A stretch of 64,000 nucleotides of DNA. Origin: Octopus sinensis (taxonomy: Eukaryota). Position 1 is the stretch's first letter; each line of letters starts with the position of its first letter. The stretch spans positions 17,670,001 to 17,734,000 of the forward strand of contig NC_043003.1 of the NCBI RefSeq assembly GCF_006345805.1, given 5' to 3'. Below, piece after piece: positions 52,586-64,000 of this stretch. Both the position numbers and the translations under genes were made by a program. The notes under the pieces were generated by a model. It worked only from the letters and a program-made list of their open reading frames with translations. It had not been told where the DNA came from and did not search any database.

Positions 52586-54911
52586 CTGAAAACTTTATTA
52601 CACTTTCTGAAACATGAGATGGCATTTCTGTGGATGTTGCAAAGAAAAGGTATTTACAGTATTTTAAAGTATAAAAGATGTACAGCTACTGTAAATCCTC
52701 GAGTATATAATCTGCATTTTTTCCCAAAACTTAAAGGTCAAAATACCTAGTGCATACTATATACGAGGTTAAAAATGAAAAATATTTTCTAAGCAATGTC
52801 CGAGTCCCTATTTGCTGTCCGGCAATGTTTATTCAGATGCATTTTGTGATGTCGGGTGCAAAAATACCTTAAGCTAAGCCAGAAAGCAATGATATCATAA
52901 AAGAATCATTCATAACTTAGAGTAAGCAATATTTATTAAAATAAAAGTATTCAGAACACAGAATAACATGTAAAAAATCAATTTGCAAACATATCTACAT
53001 TCCCATATAACAGTTAAGAACATCATCATTATTGTATTACGCATGCGCAGAAGTGTTTGTTCGAATACTCAAAGATTTATGGTATATTAGCTGCACCTCA
53101 GGTTTAGCAGCGCATATTCTGGAATAAAATTTAAATGTATTAACAAATTTAATATTGGATTCACATTTTGGTCCAATGCCAGTAAATTCGAGGAAAGGGT
53201 AAGTTGATTACATTGACCCAGTGTTCAACTGGTTCTTAATTTATTAACTATGAGCAAAACGCCCCCCTCCCACCTCCAATGGGCGGTGCTGAGTTGTCAA
53301 ACATTTAAGCCAAATTTTCTCAAAACAACTTGTCCGACCTTCCCATAGGTCTCCCCTTTGAGAAACACTAATTTAACTTAAATTTGGGACACCAGCAAAA
53401 GAAGAAATAAAGATAGACTTTTTTTCTATTCGAAAGAAAAACGATTTTGTTCACACAAATATGCAACCGAAGAGTGTAAAGTACCAGTAATGATTAAGGC
53501 TGTTGACTGGGAGAACACAAACATGGTTTAACAGTAAGCTTGGCAGGAAAGAAACGTGCCTTTAAGCAGTACAAAAACAACAAAAAATGCAAGGTGCAGT
53601 TATGTACAGATTGACGGAAGAAAAGCTGAGCAAAAACGGCTTTATCGATCACATTCTCACCTGGAATCAATTTTTATAATTTTTTCAAGACTTATACATG
53701 CCCTGATACTGTCGGTATCTATGTATCAAATTTGAACGCAATCGGATGGAGGATCCCCGAGATCCTAGAAGACATACACACACACAGACAAAATGGATTT
53801 TATATAAGAGATAACCCAAAATGGTAAAAGGCAAAGTCGACCTCAGCAGAATTTGAACTCAGAACATAAAAACAGATGAAATGCTCCTAAGTATTTTGCC
53901 TGAAAGGTTAATGATTCTGCCCTAAGACTGTTTTTAATATTACACTTTTTTCTTTATTACTCTAGGCACAAGGCCTGAAACTTTTGGGGAGGGGGTCAGT
54001 TGATCAGATCAACCCCAGTAAGTAACTGGTACTTAATTTATCAAGCCCGAAAGGATGAAAGGCAAAGTCAACCTCTGTGGAATTTGAACTCAGAACATAA
54101 AGACAGATGAAATACAGCTAAGCATTTTGCCTGGTGTGCTAATATTTCTACCAGCTTGCCACCTTTAAAATTACACTCTTTTAAGATGGTGAGCAGGCAG
54201 AATCATTAACACGCAGGGGAAAATGCTTGGTGGTCTTTCATCTGTCTTTATGTCCCGAGTTAAAATTCCACCAGAGTTGACTCTGCCTTTCATCCTCTCA
54301 GGGTCAATGAAATAATTTCCAGTTGAACTCTAGGATCAATGTAATTGACTGGCCCCCACTCTCCTGAATTGTGGAGGCTTCTGGCTTAGTGGTTAGAGTG
54401 TTAGGCTCATGATCATAAGATTGTAAGTTTCGATTCCTGGATTTGACGTGCTGTGTTGTGTAAAAACATTTCATTTCATTTCATGTTGCTCTAGTCCACT
54501 CAGCTGACAAGAATGAGTATTCCTGTGATGGACTGGTGTCCCATCCAGGTGGTGAATATATACCGCATGGAAACTGGGAAAATGGTCCTTATGAATCAGC
54601 ATGACTCAAAAAGGTAACTGTTACACCCTGAATTTGCTGGACTTGTGCCAAAATTTGAGACTAATATCAAAAGCAATTTAACAGTACATTACAAGACATT
54701 ACAAAAATATCTTAGGTATAGCAGAAAACATTACTCACTTTTACACTTTTACCTGTTTCAGTCATTTTGACTGTGGCCATGCTGGAGCACTACTTTTTAG
54801 TTGAAGAAATCTCCCCCTGGACTTATTCTTTGTAAGTTTTGGTACTTATTTGTAAGTTTTGGTACACACACATATTTATAATATATATATATATCATATA
54901 TATATATATAT

Positions 54912-54951
<40 letters not shown>

Positions 54952-55199
54952 TGAGAGGTAATGCTGTAAATAAGACCCAAAGGTGTCAGGTAATGCTGAG
55001 TAAGTGCTATGGATAGACCATACTTAAGCTCCAGGTTCGGTGATTATGCGAATAAGGAGCCCAACGTAGGTCATGATATCAGCATGTGTATATATAAAAT
55101 TTTTTTTCAGAATGAGATAAAAAATCAAGGCTGTGAAGATTATGTTCTAAAATCTTCACAGCCTTGGTTTTTTAACCCATTCTGAAAAAAATTTTTTTA

Positions 55200-55337
55200 T
55201 GGCGTAGTGGTTAATGGCGTGGGCTACTAACCCAATGATTTCGAGTTCGATTCCAGACAGTGACCTTAATAATAATGATAACATAGAAAACATACTTTAG
55301 GAATGAGAACCCAGGTTTGAAATTTTCCCAAGACACC
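55200..55337 (+). mobile_element. Fourth tRNA-headed SINE, 3'-truncated by an S2 insertion
   Basis: TGGCGTAGTGG A-box, GAGTTCGATTCC B-box, no acceptor stem. Confidence 0.65.
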
Positions 55338-55880
55338 GTAGGTGCAGGAGTGGCTATGTGGTAAGTAGCTTGCTTACCAACCACATGGTGCTGGGTTCAG
55401 TCGCATTGCATGGCACCTTGGGCAAGTGTCTTCTACTATAGCCTCGGGCCAACCAAAGCCTTGTGAGTGGATTTGGTAGATGGAAACTGGAAGAAGCCCG
55501 TCATATATGTATTTATATATGTATATGTGTGTATAATTCGTGTGTCTGTGTTTGCCGCCCCAACACTGCTTGACAACTGATGCTGGGATGTTTACATCCC
55601 TGTAACTTAGCGGTTCGGCAAAAGAGACCGATAGAATAAGTACTAGGCTTATAAAGAATATGCTCTGGGGTCAATTTGCTCGACTATAAAGGCAGTGCTC
55701 CAGCATGGCTGCAGTCAAATAACTGAAACAAGTAAAGATATATATATATATATGACAGGCTTCTTTCAGTTTCCGTCTACCAAATCCACTCACAAGTCTT
55801 TGGTTGGCCCGAGGCTATAGTAGAAGACACTTGCTCAATGTGCCATGGAGTGGAACTGAACCTGGAACTATGTGGTTAAA
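55338..55880. mobile_element. SINE S2 (+, 55338-55740) with an antisense S2 head (55755-55880)
   Basis: Family sequence match by eye. Confidence 0.85.
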
Positions 55881-56566
55881 GAAGCACACACAAACACATA
55901 CACAAACACACACATACAACACATACACAAACACACACATACAAACACATACACAAACACATATACACAAACACATATACACAAACATACACAAACACAC
56001 ACAAGCAGTCAAATGACTGAAACAAGTAAAAGGATAGGCGATGCCAACTTGTAAGTAATAGATTGCAAACATACTTTTAACCAATGTAGTATTCTGTCAT
56101 ATGGAAATTATTATGGTTTTCTTCCACAGTATTAAATAAGAACTAAAACAACTTTGGGTAAAATAATATATAAAAAAAGCGTATCAAGCAAACATATTAC
56201 AATATATCAGACAAATATATTAAATATACATCAGTTTTACAATTGAGAGTTAGATGCTAAAAAATGCTTGAGTAAGTAATTCAGTTTAAACTGCATAACT
56301 CAAAGATGATAAAGCTATGAATGATAGTAAGTAAATTTTGAGTTCAGAACACCCAAAGGGGTTCTTGATCCAATATTTATATGCTGTTATTTATAGCTTT
56401 AACTACTTCAATTCTATGATTAAAAAATAATTATTTCATGTTCTCTCTATGTTTCTAGAAAATTCTTGATGTATAAACTTAAATATTCATTTTAGAAAAA
56501 AATATAAGAAAAAACACAGCAAAATTACTACCTTAGGATTAACATTTTTACTAAAATTCAACCAAA

Positions 56567-56959
56567 TCTCTCTATATATAAAGCTGAAGTTGTCTGTGTA
56601 TGGCAGATTTAGTAGCCTTCAACTAACACTATCTCCTCCAAGACCCTGCGGTGCAAATTGACCAAAATTGAGAGTATGATAGAAGAAGGCTTGCTCTTCA
56701 TTCCGTAGAAGAAAAAATTCAAATTGGCCCATGTTAAGACTAAAAATTATTTATATCAAAAAGGTGCATTTTTTTCTATGAAAATCCCTATTTTTTTATG
56801 ATTTTTTTACTGCTGTGTCGCCATTTTTCGGTGTATTTCAACCAGAAAATGTTCACTTAAAGAGAATAACAAGGTACATAATGCAAAATTTTTACTTTTC
56901 AAAAATTCTAATTCTAAAGGGTCGAAACAAACCGGAGCAATGCCGGGCGATATTGCTAG
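56567..56959 (+). mobile_element. Non-autonomous Helitron
   Basis: A|TCTCTCTATATATAAAG start; subterminal hairpin ccgg-agcaatg-ccgg; CTAG|T end. Confidence 0.85.
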
Positions 56960-57844
56960 TAATGTTATATACATAAATTAATTCATATGGAAAACGAAAA
57001 GAACACTAACCTTCTGCTTGCTTTCAAGAACTGAGCTATTAGGTAGACTTGTCAGGAAGCAAAGTAATATCCATTGTGAATAAAGTGACCATTTGCTTTG
57101 TCGATTGCGGGGGTGTTGGGGTGAGGGGGTGGGGAATAAACTTTAATTGTATGCTGCTGTGTGAGTTTTATCTAAATTATATATTGCGAGGAAACACTCA
57201 ACGCAGAAATCAATCTTTGCCATTTCTCCGGAAAGCAATTTCCTGATACATATTCATCTGTTATCTTTGTTAATAAGATAGCATCATTAAAGAGAAAGTT
57301 CTGTCAGTGAGTAGTGCCATTGCTTTAAAAGTTGACAAGCTTTCTTTCCATAGACTTGTCTCATTAATTTCGACTGTGTACAGCTTACAGAAGTTAATGA
57401 GGTCGATATTGAATTCCTTCTATGGATTTGTTTAAAATAAAAGAACCACAAGACTTCTACAGTAATAAATAAAAGTTTATCTCTGCAAAACTACTGATGC
57501 TGCTATTACTGATGCTGTTTGTCTGGATATCAAATACACGGAATGGCTCTCTTTCTCTCTTTAACTCTTTTACTCTTTTACTCGTTTCAGTCATTTGACT
57601 GTGGCCATGCTGGAGCACCACCTTTAATCGAGCAAATCAAACCCAGGACTTATTCTTTGTAAGCCTAGTATTTATTCTATTGGTCTCTTTTGCTGAACCA
57701 CTAAGTGACAGGGATGTAAACACACCACCATCGGTTGTCAAGCAATGCTGGGGGAATAAACACAGAGACACAAACATACATACACACATACATACATACA
57801 TACATACATACATACATACATACATGCATGCATGCATACATACA

Positions 57845-57897
<53 letters not shown>

Positions 57898-57904
<7 letters not shown>

Positions 57905-58222
57905 TCAGTGGTTAGAGCGTTGAGCTTACGATCGTGAGGTTGTGAGCTCGAATCCCGGACCGGGCTGCGTGTTGTGTTCTCGAGCAAGGCACTTTATTTC
58001 ACGTTGCTCCAGTTCACTCAGCTGTAGAAATGAGTTGCGACGTCACAGGTGCCAAGCTGTATCGACCTTTGTCTTTCCCTTGGATAACACTGGTGGCGTG
58101 GAGAGGGGAGGCTGGTATGCATGGGCGACTGGGCCTTCCATAAACAACCTTGCCGGACTTGTATCTAGGAAGGTAACTTTCTAGGTGCAATCCCATGGTC
58201 ATTCATGACCGAAGGGGGTCTT
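57898..58222 (+). mobile_element. SINE S3a inserted in the microsatellite of an antisense S2 (57560-57780 and 58250-58415)
   Basis: The two S2 halves flank the S3a copy. Confidence 0.85.
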
Positions 58223-59111
58223 TACCCTTTATATACACACACACATATATACGATGAGCTTCTTTCAGTTTCCATTTACCAAACCCACTCACACGGCTTT
58301 GGTCAGCCCAAGGCTATAGTAGAAGACACTTGCCGAAGGTGCCACGCAGTGGGACTGAACCCGAAACCATGTGGTTCGTAAGCAAACTACTTACCACACA
58401 GCCACTCCTACGCCTATAGTTACTTACCACACAGCTGCCTCTTGCGACTAGTGACAAAAAGACTGACTCTTTTCCATTACTACTACTGCTAATCATTGAA
58501 TATATTAATACTTTAGCAACCATTTTTGTTATTGTTATGTGTGTTGCTGTTGTTGTTAACGTTGTTGTTGTCATTCCTTTTATGCTCTTCTTGAAGTTGA
58601 AGTTTTAACATCTTCATTTCAATTACACTCTACTGCTTTAGGGAAGAACTTCAATATAAAAAGTTACATTCCATTTCTCCCATTATAAACATCTCAGACA
58701 TTTCGGTTCTTTGTAATTATTTAATTTTATTTAATTCATCCAAATTAATTAAAATCAATTGGGTTAATAGCTAGCAAGATCAACAAAATATAACACTGTA
58801 TATATATATATATATATATATATCATAATCATCATCACCATCATCCTCATCATCGTTTAGTGTCAGTTTTCTATGCTAGCATGGGTTGGACGGTTTGACC
58901 AGGGTCTGGGAAGTCAGGAAGCTGCACCAGGCTCCAGTCTGATCTGGCAGTGTTTCTACAGCTGGATGCCCTTCCTAATGCCAACCACTCCATGAGTGTA
59001 GTGGGTGCTTTTTACGTGCCACTGGCACAGACACCAGTCTATATATATAATGTATATGTATGTGTATATATATATATATTATATATATATATATGTACGT
59101 ATATATATATA

Positions 59112-60249
59112 TCTCTCTATATATAAACAGCAGTTTGTCTGTCTGTGTGTCTGTGTGTCTGTCAGGTTGTACCCTCACCCTGACCACAGCTTTCAACCGA
59201 TTCTGATGAAACTTGACACACACATAGCCCAATGTTATAATTCAAAACTAATGCAGCGAAACTTTTAAAAAGTTCCCCCAGTTCTGAAAAAAATCGATAA
59301 ATTCGACATGGGGTCGAGAATCTAAGCTTTTTATATGCAACACATTTTCTGTTGTAGTTTTCGCAACTTGCAATCGATTTTCACCAAACTCATGATGAAG
59401 CTTAATGTTACCCTAAGAAACTTAATTCTGACATTAGTTTTCCATGCAATACCTTACCATCAGAAAAAATCGATAAAATCATGCCATTTTGGGAAATCGC
59501 ATTCAAATTCAAGATGACATATTTTCGACAATATCTTTCACAAATTGGCAGGGATTTTTTTTTTAATTCACAGCGAGCATCATGTCTGCTCCAAGGAGCT
59601 ATATGGCCCTTTTTATTCCAATAGGATACTTTATTACTGGAAAAAATCGGTTAATTATATCATATGTGGCACACATAGCAAACCGATTTGTGTATTAAAC
59701 ACAAACCACAGACTGTCTAGGGGACCCAACTCGACCTTTTTAACTCTCGGAACACGTGTGGTAAGTATCCCAAAATGTATAAAAATGTACTAAAATGGCA
59801 AAAAAGCGGGCAGCAATGTGAGTGACAACAACGAAAAAGTCAAAAGTGACCAAACTGAACAAACGAATGGAAAAGGTTTTTTGGTGCACACGACAAAAGC
59901 GGTTTATAATAAACCAAGAGTTTGCAAGTAGCATCCGAGGACCTTTAGGGTACATCAAAAATTTAAGGTAAAACGTTTGGGATGGTAGTTATAAAGAAAG
60001 TTTAAACAAAAAAAGTATTCGAATAACTTGCGGCTGCAGCAGCTATTAGTCTCGAATGTAATTTCTTCCTGGTAGGAATTGGTTGGGTTGAATTATCGAT
60101 AGCTGTTTGATAGTTATTTGGGAGTGAAGAGAAGACATTGCAACCTACACATGCGCCTTCGTTCCCTAGAGGGAAAGGACTAGATTGGGATTAGTCGTTG
60201 CCTACTAGGGGCTTTTACATACCCGTGCAACGCCGGGCTATGCTGCTAG
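59112..60249 (+). mobile_element. Non-autonomous Helitron, 1138 bp
   Basis: A|TCTCTCTATATATAAAC start; hairpin cccg-tgcaacgc-cggg at 60222-60237; CTAG|T end. Confidence 0.88.
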
Positions 60250-60267
60250 TATGTATATATATCTATA

Positions 60268-60300
<33 letters not shown>

Positions 60301-60505
60301 CAAGTTAAGATAAACTCCATTAGATTAAACTGAAGATATTAGTAACCATTCAAAAAGTAATCCTCTGTTTTGCTAAAATAATATTTTTAATTACATGCTT
60401 ATCTTAGAGTATTTCTCTTCTCAAACACCATGATTCTCTTCTGTTAGATATTTGCATCTAGTTCTGAAAAATCTAATTAACTGAAGTCTTTGACAAATTT
60501 CAAAC

Positions 60506-60553
<48 letters not shown>

Positions 60554-61029
60554 TACATGTATGTATATATGTATGTGTATGTGTTTTTGTGTGTGCATGT
60601 GCACATATATGTGTGTATATACATGTGTTTGTGTGGGGGGTGCGTGTAAGAGTATTTTTTCTATGTTAGGAGTAAGAAAAGCATTGATTTTTAGACTCTA
60701 ATATTTTTTCTTTCTTTGCAAATTGCTTTATACCACAGGGATTAAATTCATATATATTTTACCCTTTTAATACAAGTTTAGATCAGACCCATAGCAGACA
60801 CTACCTGTTGTATGAATTCTAAAAGGGTTCTTCACTAATGGAAGCAGCAAGAAATATCTGTTCTGTCTGTAGAGATGAAGCTTTAATTGTCCAAACCTGC
60901 CAACGATGGTTTGAGCTGTTTTGCTCAGGAAATTTTTCTCTCGCAGATTCCCTTTGCTTTGGCCAACCAAGTTTTGTCAATAAAAAGATCCTGAAAACTG
61001 TTGTTGAAGAAAATTCTACACATGCTACA

Positions 61030-61661
61030 TAGGTGCAGGAGTGGCTGTGTGGTAAGTAGCTTGCTTACCAACCACATGGTTTCGGGTTCAGTCCCACTGC
61101 GTGGCACCTCGGGCAAGTGTCTTCTACTATAGCCTCGGGCCAACCAAAACCTTGTGAGTGGATTTGGTAGACGGAAACTGAAAGAAGCCCATCGTATATA
61201 TGTATATGTATATGTGTATATATATATGAGTGTGTGAGTGTCTGTGCTTGTGACCCCAACATCGCTTGACAACCGATGTTGGTGTGTTTACATCCCTGTA
61301 ACTTAGCGTTTTGGCAAAAGAGACCGATAGAATAAGTACTAGGCTTACAAAGAATAAGTCCTGGGATAAATTTGCTCAACTATAGGTGGTGCTCCAGCAT
61401 GGCCACAGTCAAATGACTGAAAGAAGTAAAAGAGTAAAAGAGTAATGTTAGGCAGATGCAAGAATAGCTGTGTGGTTAGTAGCCTGCTTACCAACCACAT
61501 GGTTTCGGGTTCAGTCCCACTGCATGAAACCTTGGGCAAGTGTCTTCTACTATAGCCTCGGCCTGACCAAGGCCTTATGAGTGGATTTGGTAGACGGAAA
61601 CTGAAAGAAGCCTGTTGTATATATGTATATGTATATATACACATATATACATATATACATA

Positions 61662-61701
<40 letters not shown>

Positions 61702-61910
61702 CATGTGTTTGTGTGTCTGTGTTTGTTCCCCCAACATTGCGTGACAACCGATGGTGGTGTGTTTACGACCCCGTAACTTAGCAGTTTGGCAAAAGACTCC
61801 GATAGAATAAGTACTAGGCTTACAAAGAATAAGTCCTGGGGTCGATTTGCTCGACTAAAGGCAGTGCTCCAGCATGGCCACAGTCAAGTGACTGAAACAA
61901 GTAAAAGAGT
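61030..61910 (+). mobile_element. Two head-to-tail SINE S2 copies inside the mariner
   Basis: 61030-61440 and 61450-61910. Confidence 0.9.
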
Positions 61911-62260
61911 AGAAGAGAGACAAGCGACACAAGAATTAGTAAACTAGTTCAGTTCATGTAATACTTTGATCACAATACTTCTTCAGATCTAGGGAAAGTG
62001 CCAAAACTTTCTGATCGCTTCACAGTTTAATCAAAGTAGAGTTGATGTTTGCTTGTCATTGAAGAGTAGACTCGCTACTGAATCATTCCTGTGTACAACA
62101 ATCACAAGCGATGAAAAATGGTTTTTACCATAATGATATCCAACAAAAATAACAAGGTAGCAGTTAAAACTAGAACTACACCTGGGGAAGCTATACTCTT
62201 GTGTTTGGCGAGATATGAAGTGTGTCATCTATCATGATGCGTTAAACCAAAATTAAACCG

Positions 62261-62262
<2 letters not shown>

Positions 62263-62306
<44 letters not shown>

Positions 62307-62310
62307 ACAA

Positions 62311-62370
<60 letters not shown>

Positions 62371-62404
62371 CAACATCATCATCATCATCATCATCTTCAT
62401 CACC

Positions 62405-62435
<31 letters not shown>

Positions 62436-62790
62436 CCATCATCATCGCCATCACCATCATCATCATCATCAACATCATCATCATCATCATCATCATCATC
62501 GTCGTCATCATCATCATCATCATCATCTTCATCACCTTCATCATCATCATCATCTTCATCATCATTATCACCACCATCATCATCATCATCATCATCAACA
62601 TCATCATCACTTAACATCCGTTGTCCATGCTGTCATGGATAATGGACGGTTTGACCAGGGGTGGCAAGCTGGAGAGCTGCACCAAGCTCCAGTCTGATTT
62701 AGCAAGGTTGCTTTTCGTGACTGGATGCCCTTCCCAACACCAGCCACTTTACAGGGTGTACTAGGTATTTTTATGTGGCACTACTTGAAT
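62263..62790 (-). mobile_element. RTE 3' tip with a tail expanded to about 350 bp of (GAT)n
   Basis: RTE terminus at 62611-62790 abuts the (CAT)n tract at 62263-62610. Confidence 0.85.
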
Positions 62791-63021
62791 GCAAATACAT
62801 GGCACCCACATGAGTATGCATGACTTTACCAGGGGGAGTGGCCTCAACACATCTGCTGTGGAGTACTGGTCTTCTTGTGGAGAAGTACTATCATCAACTG
62901 GAACCACAACATCAAAACTTGCTCGAACTGAACCCATCATTATTCATTCCATGGCATATATATATATTCCCTACCCGGGTGGGACACCAGCCTGTCACAG
63001 AATTACTCACTTTTGCCAGCA

Positions 63022-63358
63022 GAGTGGACTGGAGCAATGTGAAATGAAGTGTTTTGCTCAAGAACACAATGTGTCACTTGATCCAGGAATTGAAACCACA
63101 ATCTTAGGTTCATGAGTCCAACTCCCTAACCACTAAGCCACACTGAGTGGACTGGAGCAATGTGAAATGAAGTGTTTTGCTCAAGAACACAATGTACCAC
63201 CCGGTCCAGGAATCGAAACCACAATCTTAGGTTCATGAGTCCAACTCCCTAACCACTAAGCCACACTGAGTGGACTGGAGCAATGTGAAATGAAGTGTTT
63301 TGCTCAAGAACACAACACATCGCCTGGTCCAGGAAATTAAACCGCAACCTCACAGTCA
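63022..63358 (-). repeat. 123-bp tandem triplication of a SINE S3b tRNA head plus core
   Basis: gagtggactggagc at 63022, 63145 and 63268. Confidence 0.9.
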
Positions 63359-64000
63359 TTTCTCCAATATCCAAACCCCTAGGCTTGATGGTTAGGGTGT
63401 TGGACTCATAATTGTACAATAATACAAGAGAACATATTTTCACATGATTGATGTAGTTTTAATTATTCAGCATAGGTTTTCCTCAATATAAATAATTTCT
63501 TAATTTATCTAAGTTACATAAGATTCTCTCACAACTAAAGTGTAACTATAAAGTGGGACATGGTCACTGTCCAGGTATTTAGAAACTACTTGAACTCTCT
63601 TGGTACCAGGACAATTTGCAGGATTATGGATTAATATGATCCTGCAAATTGTCATGCTCAGGTCATTCAGGCAAAGATTATGGCATTAAATATGAAAGTT
63701 TTATCTCATTCTCCTAACTCTGCTGGCCTTGCTCCATCTATCTATCATCTTTTCAGATCATTGCAAAATTATTTATTTATCAGTTGTGAAGTGGTTAAAG
63801 AATTTTGAGTGACTTTACTTTAAAATCTGAAGAATTTGCACCTGAGGGATCAACAGTTTACTAAATAAATGGTCTTATGTTATCAATAATCTTTATTAAA
63901 TATATCCGTTAAGACGGAAGAAATATCTATTTATTTCCTATCTTGAAATTCAAAAGGAATTTCTTTCCAATCTAATACACACAAACGCGCACGCACGCAC

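Larger units (their letters stand above)
60760..63890 (+). pseudogene. Decayed mariner element expanded by nested insertions
   Basis: EAARNICSV...QRWFELFCSGNFSL (60838); RVDVCLSLKSR..FL.TITSDEKWF; CVWRDMKCVIYHDAL (about 62200); VLSHSPNSAGLAPSIYHLFRSLQNYL (about 63700). Confidence 0.8.

Noticed and set aside
55200-55265. tRNA gene
   Set aside because: A and B boxes are present but there is no acceptor stem or terminator; all tRNA-like heads here are SINE-derived.
57355-57400. pre-miRNA hairpin
   Set aside because: The stem is only about 15 bp over about 42 nt, too short.

Overview
AT-rich, repeat-saturated animal genomic DNA. The mix of SINE, LINE and microsatellite families is typical of an octopus or other coleoid cephalopod; this is my inference, not checked. 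No complete host gene is visible, only weak candidate exons, and most long ORFs in the track are translations of microsatellites. The window contains three groups of tRNA-headed SINEs and LINE remnants (CR1, two RTE types, an RTE-BovB-like end with C2H2 fingers, R4/Dong 3' ends). It also holds Penelope-like element (PLE) remnants, mariner/Tc1/pogo fossils, a TTAA-flanked piggyBac-type MITE dimer and non-autonomous Helitrons, often nested. The most notable signal is a set of minimal type-I hammerhead ribozyme motifs with palindromic stem III, from four unrelated short repeat families. Most lie in fold-back inverted repeats next to (TA)n. They include an apparent natural G3-C8 compensatory core swap whose predicted cleavage site almost coincides with an inverted-duplication breakpoint. 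All calls were made by eye; element boundaries are approximate unless termini are quoted.
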